From NCBI GenBank assembly GCA_002633005.1, contig NMRA01000040.1, positions 79,362 to 143,361 of the forward strand: DNA of 64,000 bases, read 5' to 3'. This DNA is from Phoronis australis. Its lineage: Eukaryota; Animalia; Phoronida. The position numbers and the translations under genes are program-made. Positions 12,768 to 24,650 of this stretch are shown one piece after another (positions within the stretch are counted from its first letter, which is position 1; every line of letters starts with the position of its first letter). The notes beneath the pieces were generated by a model, which ran no database searches, was not told where the DNA came from, and saw only the letters and a program-made list of their open reading frames with translations.

Positions 12768-15700
12768 ATGAGCTCAGCGACTAAGGTATAATAACGTGTC
12801 TTCATGGGTTAACTGTAGTGTATTTTTTTAATAAATGCCGTCTATATGTAGTAATGCATGTTTGTGTAGAGTATAGCAGAGCGCGACGCTTACACATCCT
12901 TGGCAAGCCAAGGGCAAGGGCCTTGATCGGAGTTGGACGCTGCAAAGCTGTAGACACCGTAGGCAATGACTAGCGAGGACAACATACGTCACCAAATCGC
13001 TTCGCGTATCTGTCACCGTGTAAAATTTGCACATTAAAATCGGCAAAAAATCACTCAAAAATGGAATAAATGTGAATAAAAATTACTTCAAAGTATGAAC
13101 TAAGACGTTATTTTACTGAAATGTTAGTTTTTTTTCGTCGCAAAATCCGTTTAATAATACTTTGCACGAGTTTTTTGCAGCGACGTGACCGACATTTCAA
13201 AGCAAAATGGCCGCCGGGAAAAACAACTGGTATTTGTTTTTCAACTCAGGAGAAGACTAAACTCTTGAATTTTGGCGTGAAACTTCGTGAACTTGTAGAA
13301 GAAACCCTTGCGCACGTTCTTACGTAAGTATTTTTCACTTTTGTTGACTTAAAAGTTGAAAAAGTTGCCANCTAAACCATCAAAGTCACGTTGTTATAAA
13401 TACCTTTTGCGCATAGAGGAACACCTGAGGAGGTTGTCGATGTGTTTAATTCCTTCCAACTCGAACAAATACTCCCATTATCAAACTTTTTCTTCGAGCA
13501 GTCCCTATTTCAGTTCCCAAAATCGTGAACTCACCATTTTTATACTGCGCACGCTCCAATTTTTACCGCGCTCGCTAGGTGATGTGACTTCATGACCTCA
13601 ATCTTTAAGTAGGCCAAAGGTGAGCCATTGCGGTCTTGTCAGTCAAATGTTCATTTCCAAAATGCCACCAGTTATACTTGTCTTTAATTGGCGTTACTTG
13701 GAACTGATTGTATTTCATTGAATTATTGTTTGTATTTGATAAAAATAAATGCTTTTGATATGACATTTAATATTCTTTGTGCACATATTTGACATTTTAA
13801 TGTTTAGCAACACGGCAAATGCACGGCTGGTTCCCAGCAGCACGTACGCGAAGGGCAGGAACCTCAGCTTTCAAAGTTCGCCGGTAGGTCTGCAACTTCT
13901 GACCTTCGGTCTGGTTAAAAAAATGAAAATGTTGATTTCACAATTTTGGGAACTGAAATAGGGACTGCTCGAAGAAAAAGTTTCATAACGGGAGTATTTG
14001 TTCGAGTTGGAAGGAATTAAACACATCGACAACCTCCTAAGGTGTTCCTCTATGCGCAAAATGTATTTATAACAACGTGACTTTGATGGTTTAGTCGGTG
14101 CGAGGCATAATTCGCCGAAAAGCTTCCGGCGTACAGAGCGCCTATAGCCTCTGCATCGCCTCTGGTTCGGGCCAACAGAGGCGATGGTCATTGCCTACTC
14201 CGTAAGCAGAGTTTTGAAACGGTCGCTGATATCACCGGCCATCTTGAATGAAGCCCTAAAGTCGTGACCATTTCGTTAAGATGGAAATACACGAAGTAAA
14301 GCCACACAAGTGAACTACAGTGCTTACAGTTACTTTAGACGACATAAAAATGCATTGCATTGCTTATTAATTCAGTTTCAATTGAAATAAATTGTATGTT
14401 TTGCACCCAACTTTGATGTACACAGACGTTTTCAATGAGGTTGTTCACGTAAAACGCTAAGGACCCAGCATCAATTATCTCTCGGTATTGTATTGCTTTG
14501 GCCTTACAAAACTTTATGGACTCTGGGACATTTTGATACATTATCCAAGCTACCCCTGGAGCGTGTGTTTGATTAAATCTGAACGATGAGTATTTTCGAA
14601 AATATATCCCAAAATTGCACAAGAAAGTGGATTAGTGAAATATGCTGTTTTAAGATACATTTGAAAAAAGAAGCCACTCACTCACTGTTTGTCATCATAT
14701 TGTGAATACCAACACGTCCAGGTATTCATTTGACTTTCATAAGCAGACGAACGCTCCAGAAAGTGCAACGCCAGATGTCGCGGGACCGCGCAGAAGAGGA
14801 AATAAGATTGTTCATGACTTTAGGGCACTCACAACTTTAGGACCTCTGACAGCATATAGACAGTGACCACTGTCTCTACTGGCAGTAGACACAGTGAAGC
14901 TCTATAGGTGCTTCATACGCCGGAAGATTTTCGGCGAATTATGCCTTGCACTGACTAAAACTTCAGTGCTACGTTTTTGTAAATACCTTTTGCGCAAATA
15001 GGGACACCTTAGCAAGCCGTCAATGTATTTAATTCTTTCAAACTTGAACAAATACTCCAGACCTGTTATCAAACTTTTTCTTCGAGCAGTCCCTTATTCA
15101 GTTATCAAAATCGGTAACTCACAATTTTTAACACTGCGTGCGCCAGGGGATATGATGTCATACAACCTGGTGCACGCAATGTTAAAAATGGTGAGTTACT
15201 GATCTTGAGAACTGAACGAGGGACTGCTCGAAGAAAAAGTTTGATAACGGGAGTATTTGTTCGAATTGGAAGGAATTACGTACATCGACCACCTCCTTGG
15301 TGAGCAAAAGGTAGGACGGTAGTCACTGTCTAAGCTGTATACTACTACTAGTAAAATATAATACAGCTTGCGCCGATGTGGGTAAAAAGACTGATCAAAT
15401 AAAATCTGACACAATATTAGCATCATTAAAAACTACACTCTTCCTTGAGTAAACAAAATTATTTTCCAGTGTTGGAAAAATTAGGCAAGAAGTTGACGGA
15501 CGGGCAAGATTTTACTCAAAGGAAGAGTGCATTTTTAATGACAATTTTGTGTCAGATTTTATTTGGACATTTTTTTACCCACTTCTGCGCAAAGCTGCAT
15601 ACTTTTATACAGCTTTGTAATAAGGCTGGACTGACCTAAATATCAGAGGTTTTATAAAATCTTGTCCGAAGCGGTATCTGAGCAATAAATAACGTCCATT

Positions 15701-18700
15701 TTCATTCCGTTGGAATATACTTAGAGAGGGGGCATTTTAAATTCCCTTCCAAAGTCTGCTTAAAGCAGATGATCACATGAAACGGTTATAAAAGTTGAAT
15801 CTAAAATCTTTTTTCACAATAAAAATATCTGAATGAACTAACAGTCCTCCATTGTTTCATTTTTATGCGCCCACATATTTATATGTGGATACATTATGCC
15901 GTCATCTCTGTCCCGCGTCCACTGCTCTACCTCCAAAAACCCTTTGACATACGTTCATGAAAGTTGACACATATGTTCCTTTGATGGATGGGACAGCATG
16001 AGCGAACTTTTGGGTGCATCTGACTACCGGTGTGCCCCCTAGTGGCAGTTTTAATTTTTTACGTTCACCTCTATATCTTCAAAGGTCCTCATCGTATTTT
16101 CATAAAATTCGGCATATAGGCATCTATTAGTGAGATGACACTATTCTTCCGTTTTCGGATGGATTCGATATAGTTTGCGCCTCCTAGTGGCCATTTTTAC
16201 TGTTTTCGAGTCCACCCCTCTATCAAACAAGCCACTCTTAGGATGATTGTTTAAATTAGCATGTATGTTTTTATTATGAAGAGGATAGATGTCGATGATT
16301 TTCTGACGATTTCGAGCACTGTGGCGACTCGTAATGGCAGTTTTTTTTTTGCACCCATGGCTGTATTTCCTAAACCATTTGTAATACCTTTACTTAATTT
16401 ATCAAGTGTGTTTATATGATGTTGACAACAGACGGCGATGACTTTTGGACGGATCTGACTACCGGTGTGCCCTCTAGTGGGAATTTTAGTTTTTTAGTTT
16501 TTTACGATTACCTCAGTATCTTCAAAGGTCCTCAACGTATTTTGCATATAGGCATCTACTAGTGAGATGACGCTATTCTCCCGTTTTCAGTTGGATTCGA
16601 CGTAGTTTGCGCCACCTAGTGTCCATTTTTACTGTTATCGAGTCTGTTTTTTGGCGTCCACCACTATCAACCAAACCGCTCCAAGGATGATTGTGAAAAT
16701 TGGCTTGTATGTTCTTACTATGAAGTGTATCTCCTAAACCATTTGCAAGATCTTTATTGAATTTAGCAAGTGTATATGTATGATGTTGACAACAAATGAC
16801 TACAACTTTCGGAAGGATCTGGCTACTGGTGTGCCTCCTAGTGGCAATTTTAGTTTTTTAAGTTTGCCTCTCAGAGGTCCTCAACGGATTTTCAGAAAAT
16901 TTGGAATATAGGCATCTTTTGGTGAGATGATGCTATCCTCTCGTTTTCAGATAAACTCGAGTTACTTTGCGCCACCTAGTGACCAGTTTTGGTGTTTTCG
17001 AGTTTTTTGATGTCTACCCCTCGATCAACCAAACCATTCTGAGGATGGTTTTGAAAATTGGCGTATATGTTCTCTGTGTGAAGAGGACGGTTGACAATGA
17101 CGACTTCGACTACTGTGGTACCTCCTTGTGGTAGTTTTGGTTTGTTTTGTGCCCATAATTTCCTAATCCCACTGCAGGATCTTTATTAAACTTAGTAATT
17201 CTATTAATATGAAGCTAACGACAGATGTCGACGTCTTTCAGGCGGATCCACCAAATGTTCTGCACCATAGTGGCAATTTCATTTTTTCCGTTTTCCTTGA
17301 AATTTGGTAAATAGCATTCTATTAAACAAGTGATGGCAAGTTCCCGTTTTCAGATGGATTAGATGTTTTATGCCATCTAGTGGCCATTTTTATTAAACAA
17401 ACAACCCTAGAAGCACACTGTTTGCGGTGCATTCGTAAGCGCATTTCAACGCTCTGTGTTGCTCTTGTTTCATAAGTATTTAAACTAAAGTCACACCTGA
17501 CAGTACACATGTCCATGTGCCATGTCAAGAAAGCAAAGATATACTTTAAATTGCAGTAAAAATACACGTGCTTTGGTCATCTGCAATGATTCTTTAAAAC
17601 AAAGTAGTGCTGTTATCAGATTACATTTCCTAGATGTTTGAGGCAATGAAAACAGGTAGTTGCCAACTTGCTCTCCCCCTCGCAATTGACTAGGACAAGT
17701 TAGGAGGGTGTGTCATTTTGACATTGTCAACTTACCACAAATCTAGAACTACATCTTATGGTTCACATAAATTTTGAAGGAAATTTTTAAAATAATTACA
17801 CAATGCGAAATGCGATTTTTTATAATACAGATAACTAAATATGACTGGCAACTTAAAGCAAACCATTCATGCCCTCAAACATACACACATGTGTACCTGT
17901 GGTAGGGGTCATCTGCAACTCCCCAAGTTATCCCAAAATAAAAGCACCAGCGGCAATTTCCGCTCACAAAAAAGAGAGCTGGTCCTCACCAATTCAGACC
18001 GTTTGTACAATAAAGAATTTACAACACCCTGTAATATTTTCTATGAAGTATGATAGGAAATGTGCCAAATTGTCGTCTGATACTTAGGTTGCTTGACTGT
18101 AGCATAACATGAACTAGTCGATGAACCAACCCATAAACAGGGTGGAAGTCCTTTCATTGAAAGTTTAGAATTTAGTGCCATAGGCCTACATATCACACTC
18201 GACTGGATTACCAAATATTATTTTTGAAACGTTGAAATTATGATTGCCTGAGAGCATTTATCTGCCGAAATAATACAGAGAATACGACTGCATGGAAATC
18301 AACTTAATCCAGCCCTTCAAAAGAAGTTACTCATTTGAAGATTCGACCGTTTACTGTGAGCTTGTCAGTCCACCATTTGTAACTCGCTGTTCTTGTGTGG
18401 AATATTTCAGGTAGGAGAGATATTTTGTGCAGCTGGTGCTGCGTTCAACAGACTTGGCGAACTTACAATGCAGTTACACCCGTCTAATGAGCCCACGCCA
18501 TCCAGGTTAGTAGTTCAACAGGTGTCGCTGTTCCAAGTCACGTCTTGTTTCACTTAGTTCTCTAACTTCATTGCATTGTACTGCAATTCTTCTGCTATGT
18601 CGCACAAAAATGATGGGCTCACTCCCAAATACCACAACACCGCTCTTGATTTTGCAGCATTTACCCACAATGCTGTGTATCCATATGCTTGTCTAACTGC

Positions 18701-21700
18701 TGCCATGATTATCATTATTTTACATCAAAATTACTTCATATTTTCCATTCTAATGCTAATATTAAAGTTCTACACAGATGTGTAGTGAGTGGCAATTTGA
18801 AATTAAAATTAAGTACAGTGCACAATTAATCCTTCTTTAACAGTTTACTTTTGCTCAGAAATATATTGGCAGCATAACCTTTTGAAGGTAGATAAATCAA
18901 ACAATGAATTTTTTCACTGCCAAAGAGCAGAGTTGGTTCATTTGTGCATTCTTTCCTTCAATAGCGGTAAGTGGACAGACCAAGAACTGGACATGCTGAG
19001 GGATGCCGTCAACAAATTTGGTGAAGATCTGAATAAAATTAGCGATGTCATCAAAAACAGGACCATGTAAGCACACCATCCAGTAAACCAGCGGCCTGTT
19101 ACATGAAACATGATGTAGGACTCATGACCAAAAATTTGTTCAAGCTAAGACTGAAAATCGGGCTAAGTCAAAATTGAAAGTGGAATTTCAGAATAGACCA
19201 TTTCATGAAGACTAAGTTTCTCAACAGTTTATAGTGATAATAGTCCTACATTCGGGTGGTTTAGACCAAAAGTCTGATCTGAACCCTTTTCCGTAGCAGG
19301 CTAACTTGGTTTAGGCCGATTTTAGTCTTTATTTTGGTCTCAAGAAATTTCATGAAACGGGGTTAATACATTTGTTTTGCCAAATAATTTTGGGTGTGTG
19401 AAATGATAAGGTAAGTGTGCGGCACAAGAGGTTGATTACCTGACCGGAATTTTTGTGCTCTGTAACTATTCTGAGTGGATTTGTAATCAACAAGGTTTCA
19501 AAGGTAAATCGTGGCTGGGTATTTTCTGCAAATCACATTTATGTGATCAAGAGTTTTTGTTGTTGTTTGGGTTAGCACGCTGGCTATTACAATGGCATCC
19601 ACGCCAGAATAATCTCTGTTGCTGACAGCATTTGCTACATTTTGCGGTAGTGTGTAAACATTCGTGAAAGTGTTTTGTTTTTGGAATTAGAAAGTATTGT
19701 GCTTATTAAAGTTCTAAGAAAGTGGTTTTATCTAACTTATGTATCCTGCCAACTCAATATTTAAGTTTTGGAAATCAGCAGCTTAGCTTTGGGGTCTCAC
19801 TTCTTTACAACTGTATTCCGATTTTTGGAACCTGTTGCCATGTTGCATTGTCAATTATAGATCACAAATAAAAACGCAACTCAAGAAGAAAGTCTATGAA
19901 GATGCTGGGTTGACACCAGACTCTAAGAAACAGTCACCTAAGAAACAGCCTGTACAAGAAGAGCCACCTTCTAAGAAACAAAAAACAGGTGGGCATTCTT
20001 CTTCTTTCTAATTGAAATTCACTATCCCACCACACAGGGATCAGGTGTTTGGTGCACAGGCATTCAGCGCCACCTACAGACCGTATGAAATGTGAACTGG
20101 AGGTTGCAGCCTACTAGTATATTCAATGTTTTAACACCTTTCCTACTGTCATAATGCCGGCAAATTTCCACTGCTGTGCAGTGGGGTGAGCTAATGGTTT
20201 ATGGAAAAAGGGAAGCGTCTTTAACTTTCCATGGATGAAGGACATTATGTTCCGTACATTTCGTGCTGTGAAGAAGAATCCGCGGCTGCGAAGTCAGTGG
20301 GGCTGTCATTGATAAAGCGGGAGATTTTCGATTGCAGCTGATGTCAAAAGCTAAAATAAGTTAGTGAACTTAACCTAATCAAACAATCGGAGGGTCTGAC
20401 TGGGATTTATTCCTCTGTTCATGAACCACTATGTATATGTAATAATTGAATTTCTGTCCACCGAATCCAAGTCAGGACCAAACAGAAGTCGCTTCCTTGC
20501 TCTCGTTATTCTAGAGAGTACCAATATGTAAAGTCCTCTATTAAGAAGGTATTCTTTGCAGTCAATAAGGTCGCCAAGTATAATCAAATACTGGCTTAAG
20601 TTATTGAAATCGGAGATAATCAAGGTGATTTTTTACTGGTATAAAGCCAATTCTATATGGTTGAAAGACGTCAGCTTTAGTGCCCTACAGTACAATCAGG
20701 GTGTTGGGGTTGAAGTCTAGGTTTCTATCATTTTTTAAGCAAAGATGCATGGATATTGATTAGCAGAAATGGGAAGTAATATTGAGTACATGTGTTTTAA
20801 GTTAGATATTTTCCACAGTTTAAAGTATCTCATGTTTTGAAAGTCACCTTCAGTGCATAGAGTTTATATTAGAGCTCAAGTTACTAGACTTCAATGCTCT
20901 GCGTATTCATGAATGATTGAAGTAGGCAAACATTCAGGTAATTCTCAACACGAGAGGCCATGTATATCCTGTTTGTATTCAGCCTAACCTGGAGTCTGAT
21001 TTTCACTTTTAGTTGGAATGTCCCTTTTTACAGTGAAAAATACCCTCGTGAAAGATATTATGTGGCAGCAAATGTAGACAAATATATTATTTGATGTGAA
21101 TGGAAAACTAAACTGAAGAGAGGTATATCTGTAAATTGATTTATTATGCATTTAAAATGAGAGGAGGGTGTTCAGTTTCCAAAGTGATTTATTATGCATT
21201 TAAAATGAGAGGAGGGTGTTCAGTTTCCAAATACGCTCACATTTCAATTTCAATTGCCGTCACTCCTTTGGTGTTTCGTAGCATCATTGAACAGATAGTC
21301 TTTGCGATGACTTCCCGAGTTACCATATTAAATTTTGGGATTGGTTGCCTTAAGCACGGAAGTGCATTTAACCACTTGCCATGAATTCCTTCCAGATGTG
21401 ACCCTGAGTGCCCTGAATGCTCCAGAAGGAGATGTGGACGTGGAAGGCGATGGTCACCATAAAAAGCTAGACTTTGATTCAGGTAGTGTTAGTCCCGACC
21501 TCTCCATAATCTTTTAAGGTGTTTCTTAAAAGTACCCAATAGCAGGACTGGTCCATCTGTCACTCAGTCATGAAGCCAGTGTATTTATTCATGCCAATAC
21601 ATTTCAATTTATTGCTTTTGGGACATGAAATCAAGGCCTGCCAGTTTGAAGTCCAGAAATTTGACTTTTCTTTAATACGTTCTAGAACTCTTTTAGTACG

Positions 21701-22394
21701 AGTGAATTAAAGTGATTGAAAACTGTCACCACGTTGGTTTCAAGCTATTGAAGATGGGTATCATTTTTGTCATGGTTATATGTATACACGCTACATTTCG
21801 CCCCATTAGTGGGTGGTTTTATTTTTTGTTCCGTAATTTGTAACTTGGTCTATTGACCAATATTTGTTTTCTTGATGTGCACTTTGCTGACAGTTGATCA
21901 AGTGCTAGGAAATGCTGATAGAATGCTAGATGATCAGATTCATGTCCGAGTATTTACATATGTTCAAAAATCTGCTTTAACTTCTGAATAAAAAACCTCG
22001 TCAGTGTTCATTATTTGAATAAGTATATACTTGAACTTGAATCTGGTCTAAAATGTTGTCATTGTCCTGCAGCTGCATGTATAGTAAAACCTCTGCCATG
22101 TAGGACCCAATATGTAATAAGACAGACAGGTGGAATTCATTTTTTTCATAAATGGTACACTTACTGAATTGATGCTTTGCCATGTTCTATAACATAGCTA
22201 TAAAAATATTTTGAAATAATGTAGGCATTCACTAGGCCAGATTCTTCCGTGTACTCAAAAATGAATGCAATCATTCCATTTTCTGGTTTCCTTTGTGTTA
22301 ACACTGTGGCCAGAAGCCGTCATTCAACGCAAGGTTGAGCAATATTTTCATTTACATATTTTCATTTACAGATGTGGATCCTACATCATTATGA
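12768..22394 (+). CDS. C17orf49: BAP18 / C17orf49-like chromatin complex subunit (SANT/Myb-like domain), complete, 150 aa. Exons: 12768-12785, 18411-18505, 18965-19066, 19861-19988, 21396-21482, 22372-22394
   Basis: Exons total 453 nt, in frame, all GT-AG. Protein: MSSATK|VGEIFCAAGAAFNRLGELTMQLHPSNEPTPSS|GKWTDQELDMLRDAVNKFGEDLNKISDVIKNRTI|SQIKTQLKKKVYEDAG...KKQKT|DVTLSALNAPEGDVDVEG...KKLDFDS|DVDPTSL*. KVGEIFxAAGAAF..LGELTMQL, KWT..E, DVTLSALN and KKLxFD are BAP18 hallmarks. The short first and last exons are less certain. Confidence 0.92.
13372..14147. mobile_element. Long-TIR foldback element in BAP18 intron 1, left end cut by the N at 13371
   Basis: 13372-13530 is a near-perfect reverse complement of about 13935-14094. 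The same peptide (KPSKSRCYKY.LRIEEHLRRLSMC) appears in ORFs on opposite strands. Confidence 0.8.
14901..15300. mobile_element. Second, more decayed copy of the same foldback family
   Basis: CTATAGGTGCTTCATACGCCGGAAG...AAACTTTTTCTTCGAGCAGTCCC arm, with an inverted arm GGGACTGCTCGAAGAAAAAGTTTGATAACGGGAGTATTTG at about 15220-15295. Confidence 0.7.
15860..17469 (-). mobile_element. Helentron/HINE-like non-autonomous element with internal tandem repeats (reverse orientation)
   Basis: Reverse complement of the family 5' end (AACAAGAGCAAC..GAGCGTTGAAATGCG) at 17440-17469 and of the 3' hairpin (CCACATATAAATATGTGGGCGCATAAAAA) at 15860-15890. Internal ~430-bp repeats carry CCACTAGG(T/G/A)GGC motifs. 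Confidence 0.75.
19093..19362. mobile_element. Degenerate MITE with imperfect inverted ends
   Basis: CCTGTTACATGAAA...TAAGACTGAAAATCGGGCTAA versus TTAGGCCGATTTTAGTCTT...TTTCATGAAACGGG. Confidence 0.55.
21137..21231. repeat. Two-copy 48-bp direct repeat in BAP18 intron 4
   Basis: TGATTTATTATGCATTTAAAATGAGAGGAGGGTGTTCAGTTTCCAAA occurs twice, identical. Confidence 0.95.
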
Positions 22395-24395
22395 TGCCTG
22401 TAAAGAGATATCTGTTGTTCGACCTCTCTGGATACTAGTGTGCACCAAGGTCTTACGACGGTCAACAGATGAAGTCCATCAGAACAGTAAAAGCAGTCCA
22501 GTTTTTGCACCTCGCAACACAGGAAATGACTACTGGAAGCTTGTGGTATATTAAAAAGGCCCACCCTCTGAAATGCAGCATAGTGTTTGAAATATCGAGA
22601 AGGCTGCATGGACGTGCTGGCTGTGAGCAAGAAACATTAACTATAGATTGAAGCAGTGATGTACCATTAGTGTTTGAGAATTGCAAGTTTGTTGGTCATT
22701 TTTAGTGAAATTTTGTATTATATTATTTTAATGGGACACTTACTTAACAGCATATTAAAATGCCTGGCATCGTGGAAATTTGCGATTCAGTAGCTATTAA
22801 AAAAGCAATGGCATTGGTAAGAAAGGAGATTTTTAAAATTGATAATTTCACAATGTTGCAGGTGACATCTAGTACAGTTCCTTTGATTACACAAATACGT
22901 CATCTGATGTCTAATCACAGGCATTATTATGAACCATGCCATTTCACAAATTTCACTTCTTTTAATGAGGACTTTTAGCTACTTAGAAATGTTAGCTAGC
23001 AAGACCGAATTAGTTAAACTTATGGCGGCATGCGCTATGAATCCACTGTGGTTTTTATTCCCGTTCTTCAAGTTCAAACAAAATGGTACTAATTTTCTTT
23101 TTTCCTTTTTACAAAAGGAGCTCACACGATAGCTAAAAATGCTTTGAATTTAGCCAAGTGCTGATTGATATCTGTACAATGCCATGAAGTCCATTTATTT
23201 TTGTTTAGAAATTTGTTAAAATAAATTATCACACGGTGTGTAACTTGAGCCTTTAGCCTGCAACTGTGCAGAAATAGAATCCTATTAACTCCAGAAACCC
23301 ACAGCAAGTCAAGCCTTCTTGGTGAATCAGTTAATGGTAAATAAAACAAACGTGATGTTTGAATATGATTGCCTTTATTCTGAACATTTAGCACCTTCTG
23401 AAATCATTACGTCCTTCATTATATGTATAAAATGGCTAGCAAAACTAGCTTTTGTAAAAATGCTGATAAAAGTTAAAACGTTTACCAAAGTGACACTATC
23501 AACGATTACTACGAGGTATAATTGAATGTAAATGATCAACAGGAAAACGCTTCATTTGTTGTGCACATGCATACTTAGAAGAGTTCAGAAGAGTACTTCA
23601 ACATTTAAGTAACCCCGAGTGCTGATGACACGAAACAAGCAGGGTATATGTACAGCCGTTTCTTGAGGGGATGCTAAAACTAATCTAATGAAGCCACATC
23701 TTTAGCGTATAAAAATACTATGCTCTAATGCTAAGTTGAGCAAAATATTATAAATATGTGTGCCTCAATTAACACAAAAGCGTCGGATTACAAACTAGGG
23801 TTCTTATAAAATTAGAAATAGCGCCCTGTCTAGCCCTACCCGTTGTGCAATATGCATCACCTTCGGCTGCTCACGGGTAGAGTACGACTGGCCACAACAT
23901 AGAAGATATAAATCTCGTAATGGCAGTGTTAATTAACTGTACCCATATATCACGTAACTCCACTGAGATTTGAAAAAAGTTTCCAATAGTTAAACATGTA
24001 CCTATTTTATGGGCATTTCCAGATTTGTTACAAAAACTCTGCAGTGTGTAGCATCAAACAGTATCAGAGCAAATGAACACATTTGTCTGTATTCGCTGTG
24101 GCATACAAATATGAGAAGATGAAAACGACACAAGTGTCCAATGTAGATACATACACTTCGTGAAATGTATGAAAATGTCTATTAAGTCTCCACATATATA
24201 AGACAATAATCCTACCAAGAAATCAAATATCACTGCTATCGCTAGTCTACTATCATTCGCATGGTCTTGTTTGGAACTTATTGAGATTGACCATACTGTG
24301 AGGATAAAAAAATGGTCGACATGCTGAACACCACTCAAATTTTAAACTCTTAAAATCACATTGTTGGCAACAGGAAATTAATCGTACTAACGGAA

Positions 24396-24650
24396 CTATG
24401 ACACTTTCATACACACTTGACAGCGACTGACCCTGGTTAGTAAACTACCAGCTTTCAGTGTCTGCGGTACCGGTACGCTAAATTGCTTTTGTTGATCTAT
24501 GGTGGCTAACCAGAAGCTTAGAGTTGTTGCGTAATAATTACACTGGCCACGACCATGACACTCGATGAATGGCGCTGCGCGGAACTCTTCCAGGCAAGAT
24601 CCAGGTGACTGCAGATTCTGACCTGTTCCCTCAGCTCCGGCTCCCGTGTG
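24396..24650 (-). CDS. COL4A1: Collagen IV terminal coding exon (NC1 second repeat, stop TAG)
   Basis: 255 nt, HTGAGAEG...[10 protein letters not shown]; CAG acceptor at 24651-24653. Confidence 0.95.
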   Translation of the reverse strand, partial: HTGAGAEGTGQNLQSPGSCLEEFRAAPFIECHGRGQCNYYATTLSFWLATIDQQKQFSVPVPQTLKAGSLLTRVSRCQVCMKVS

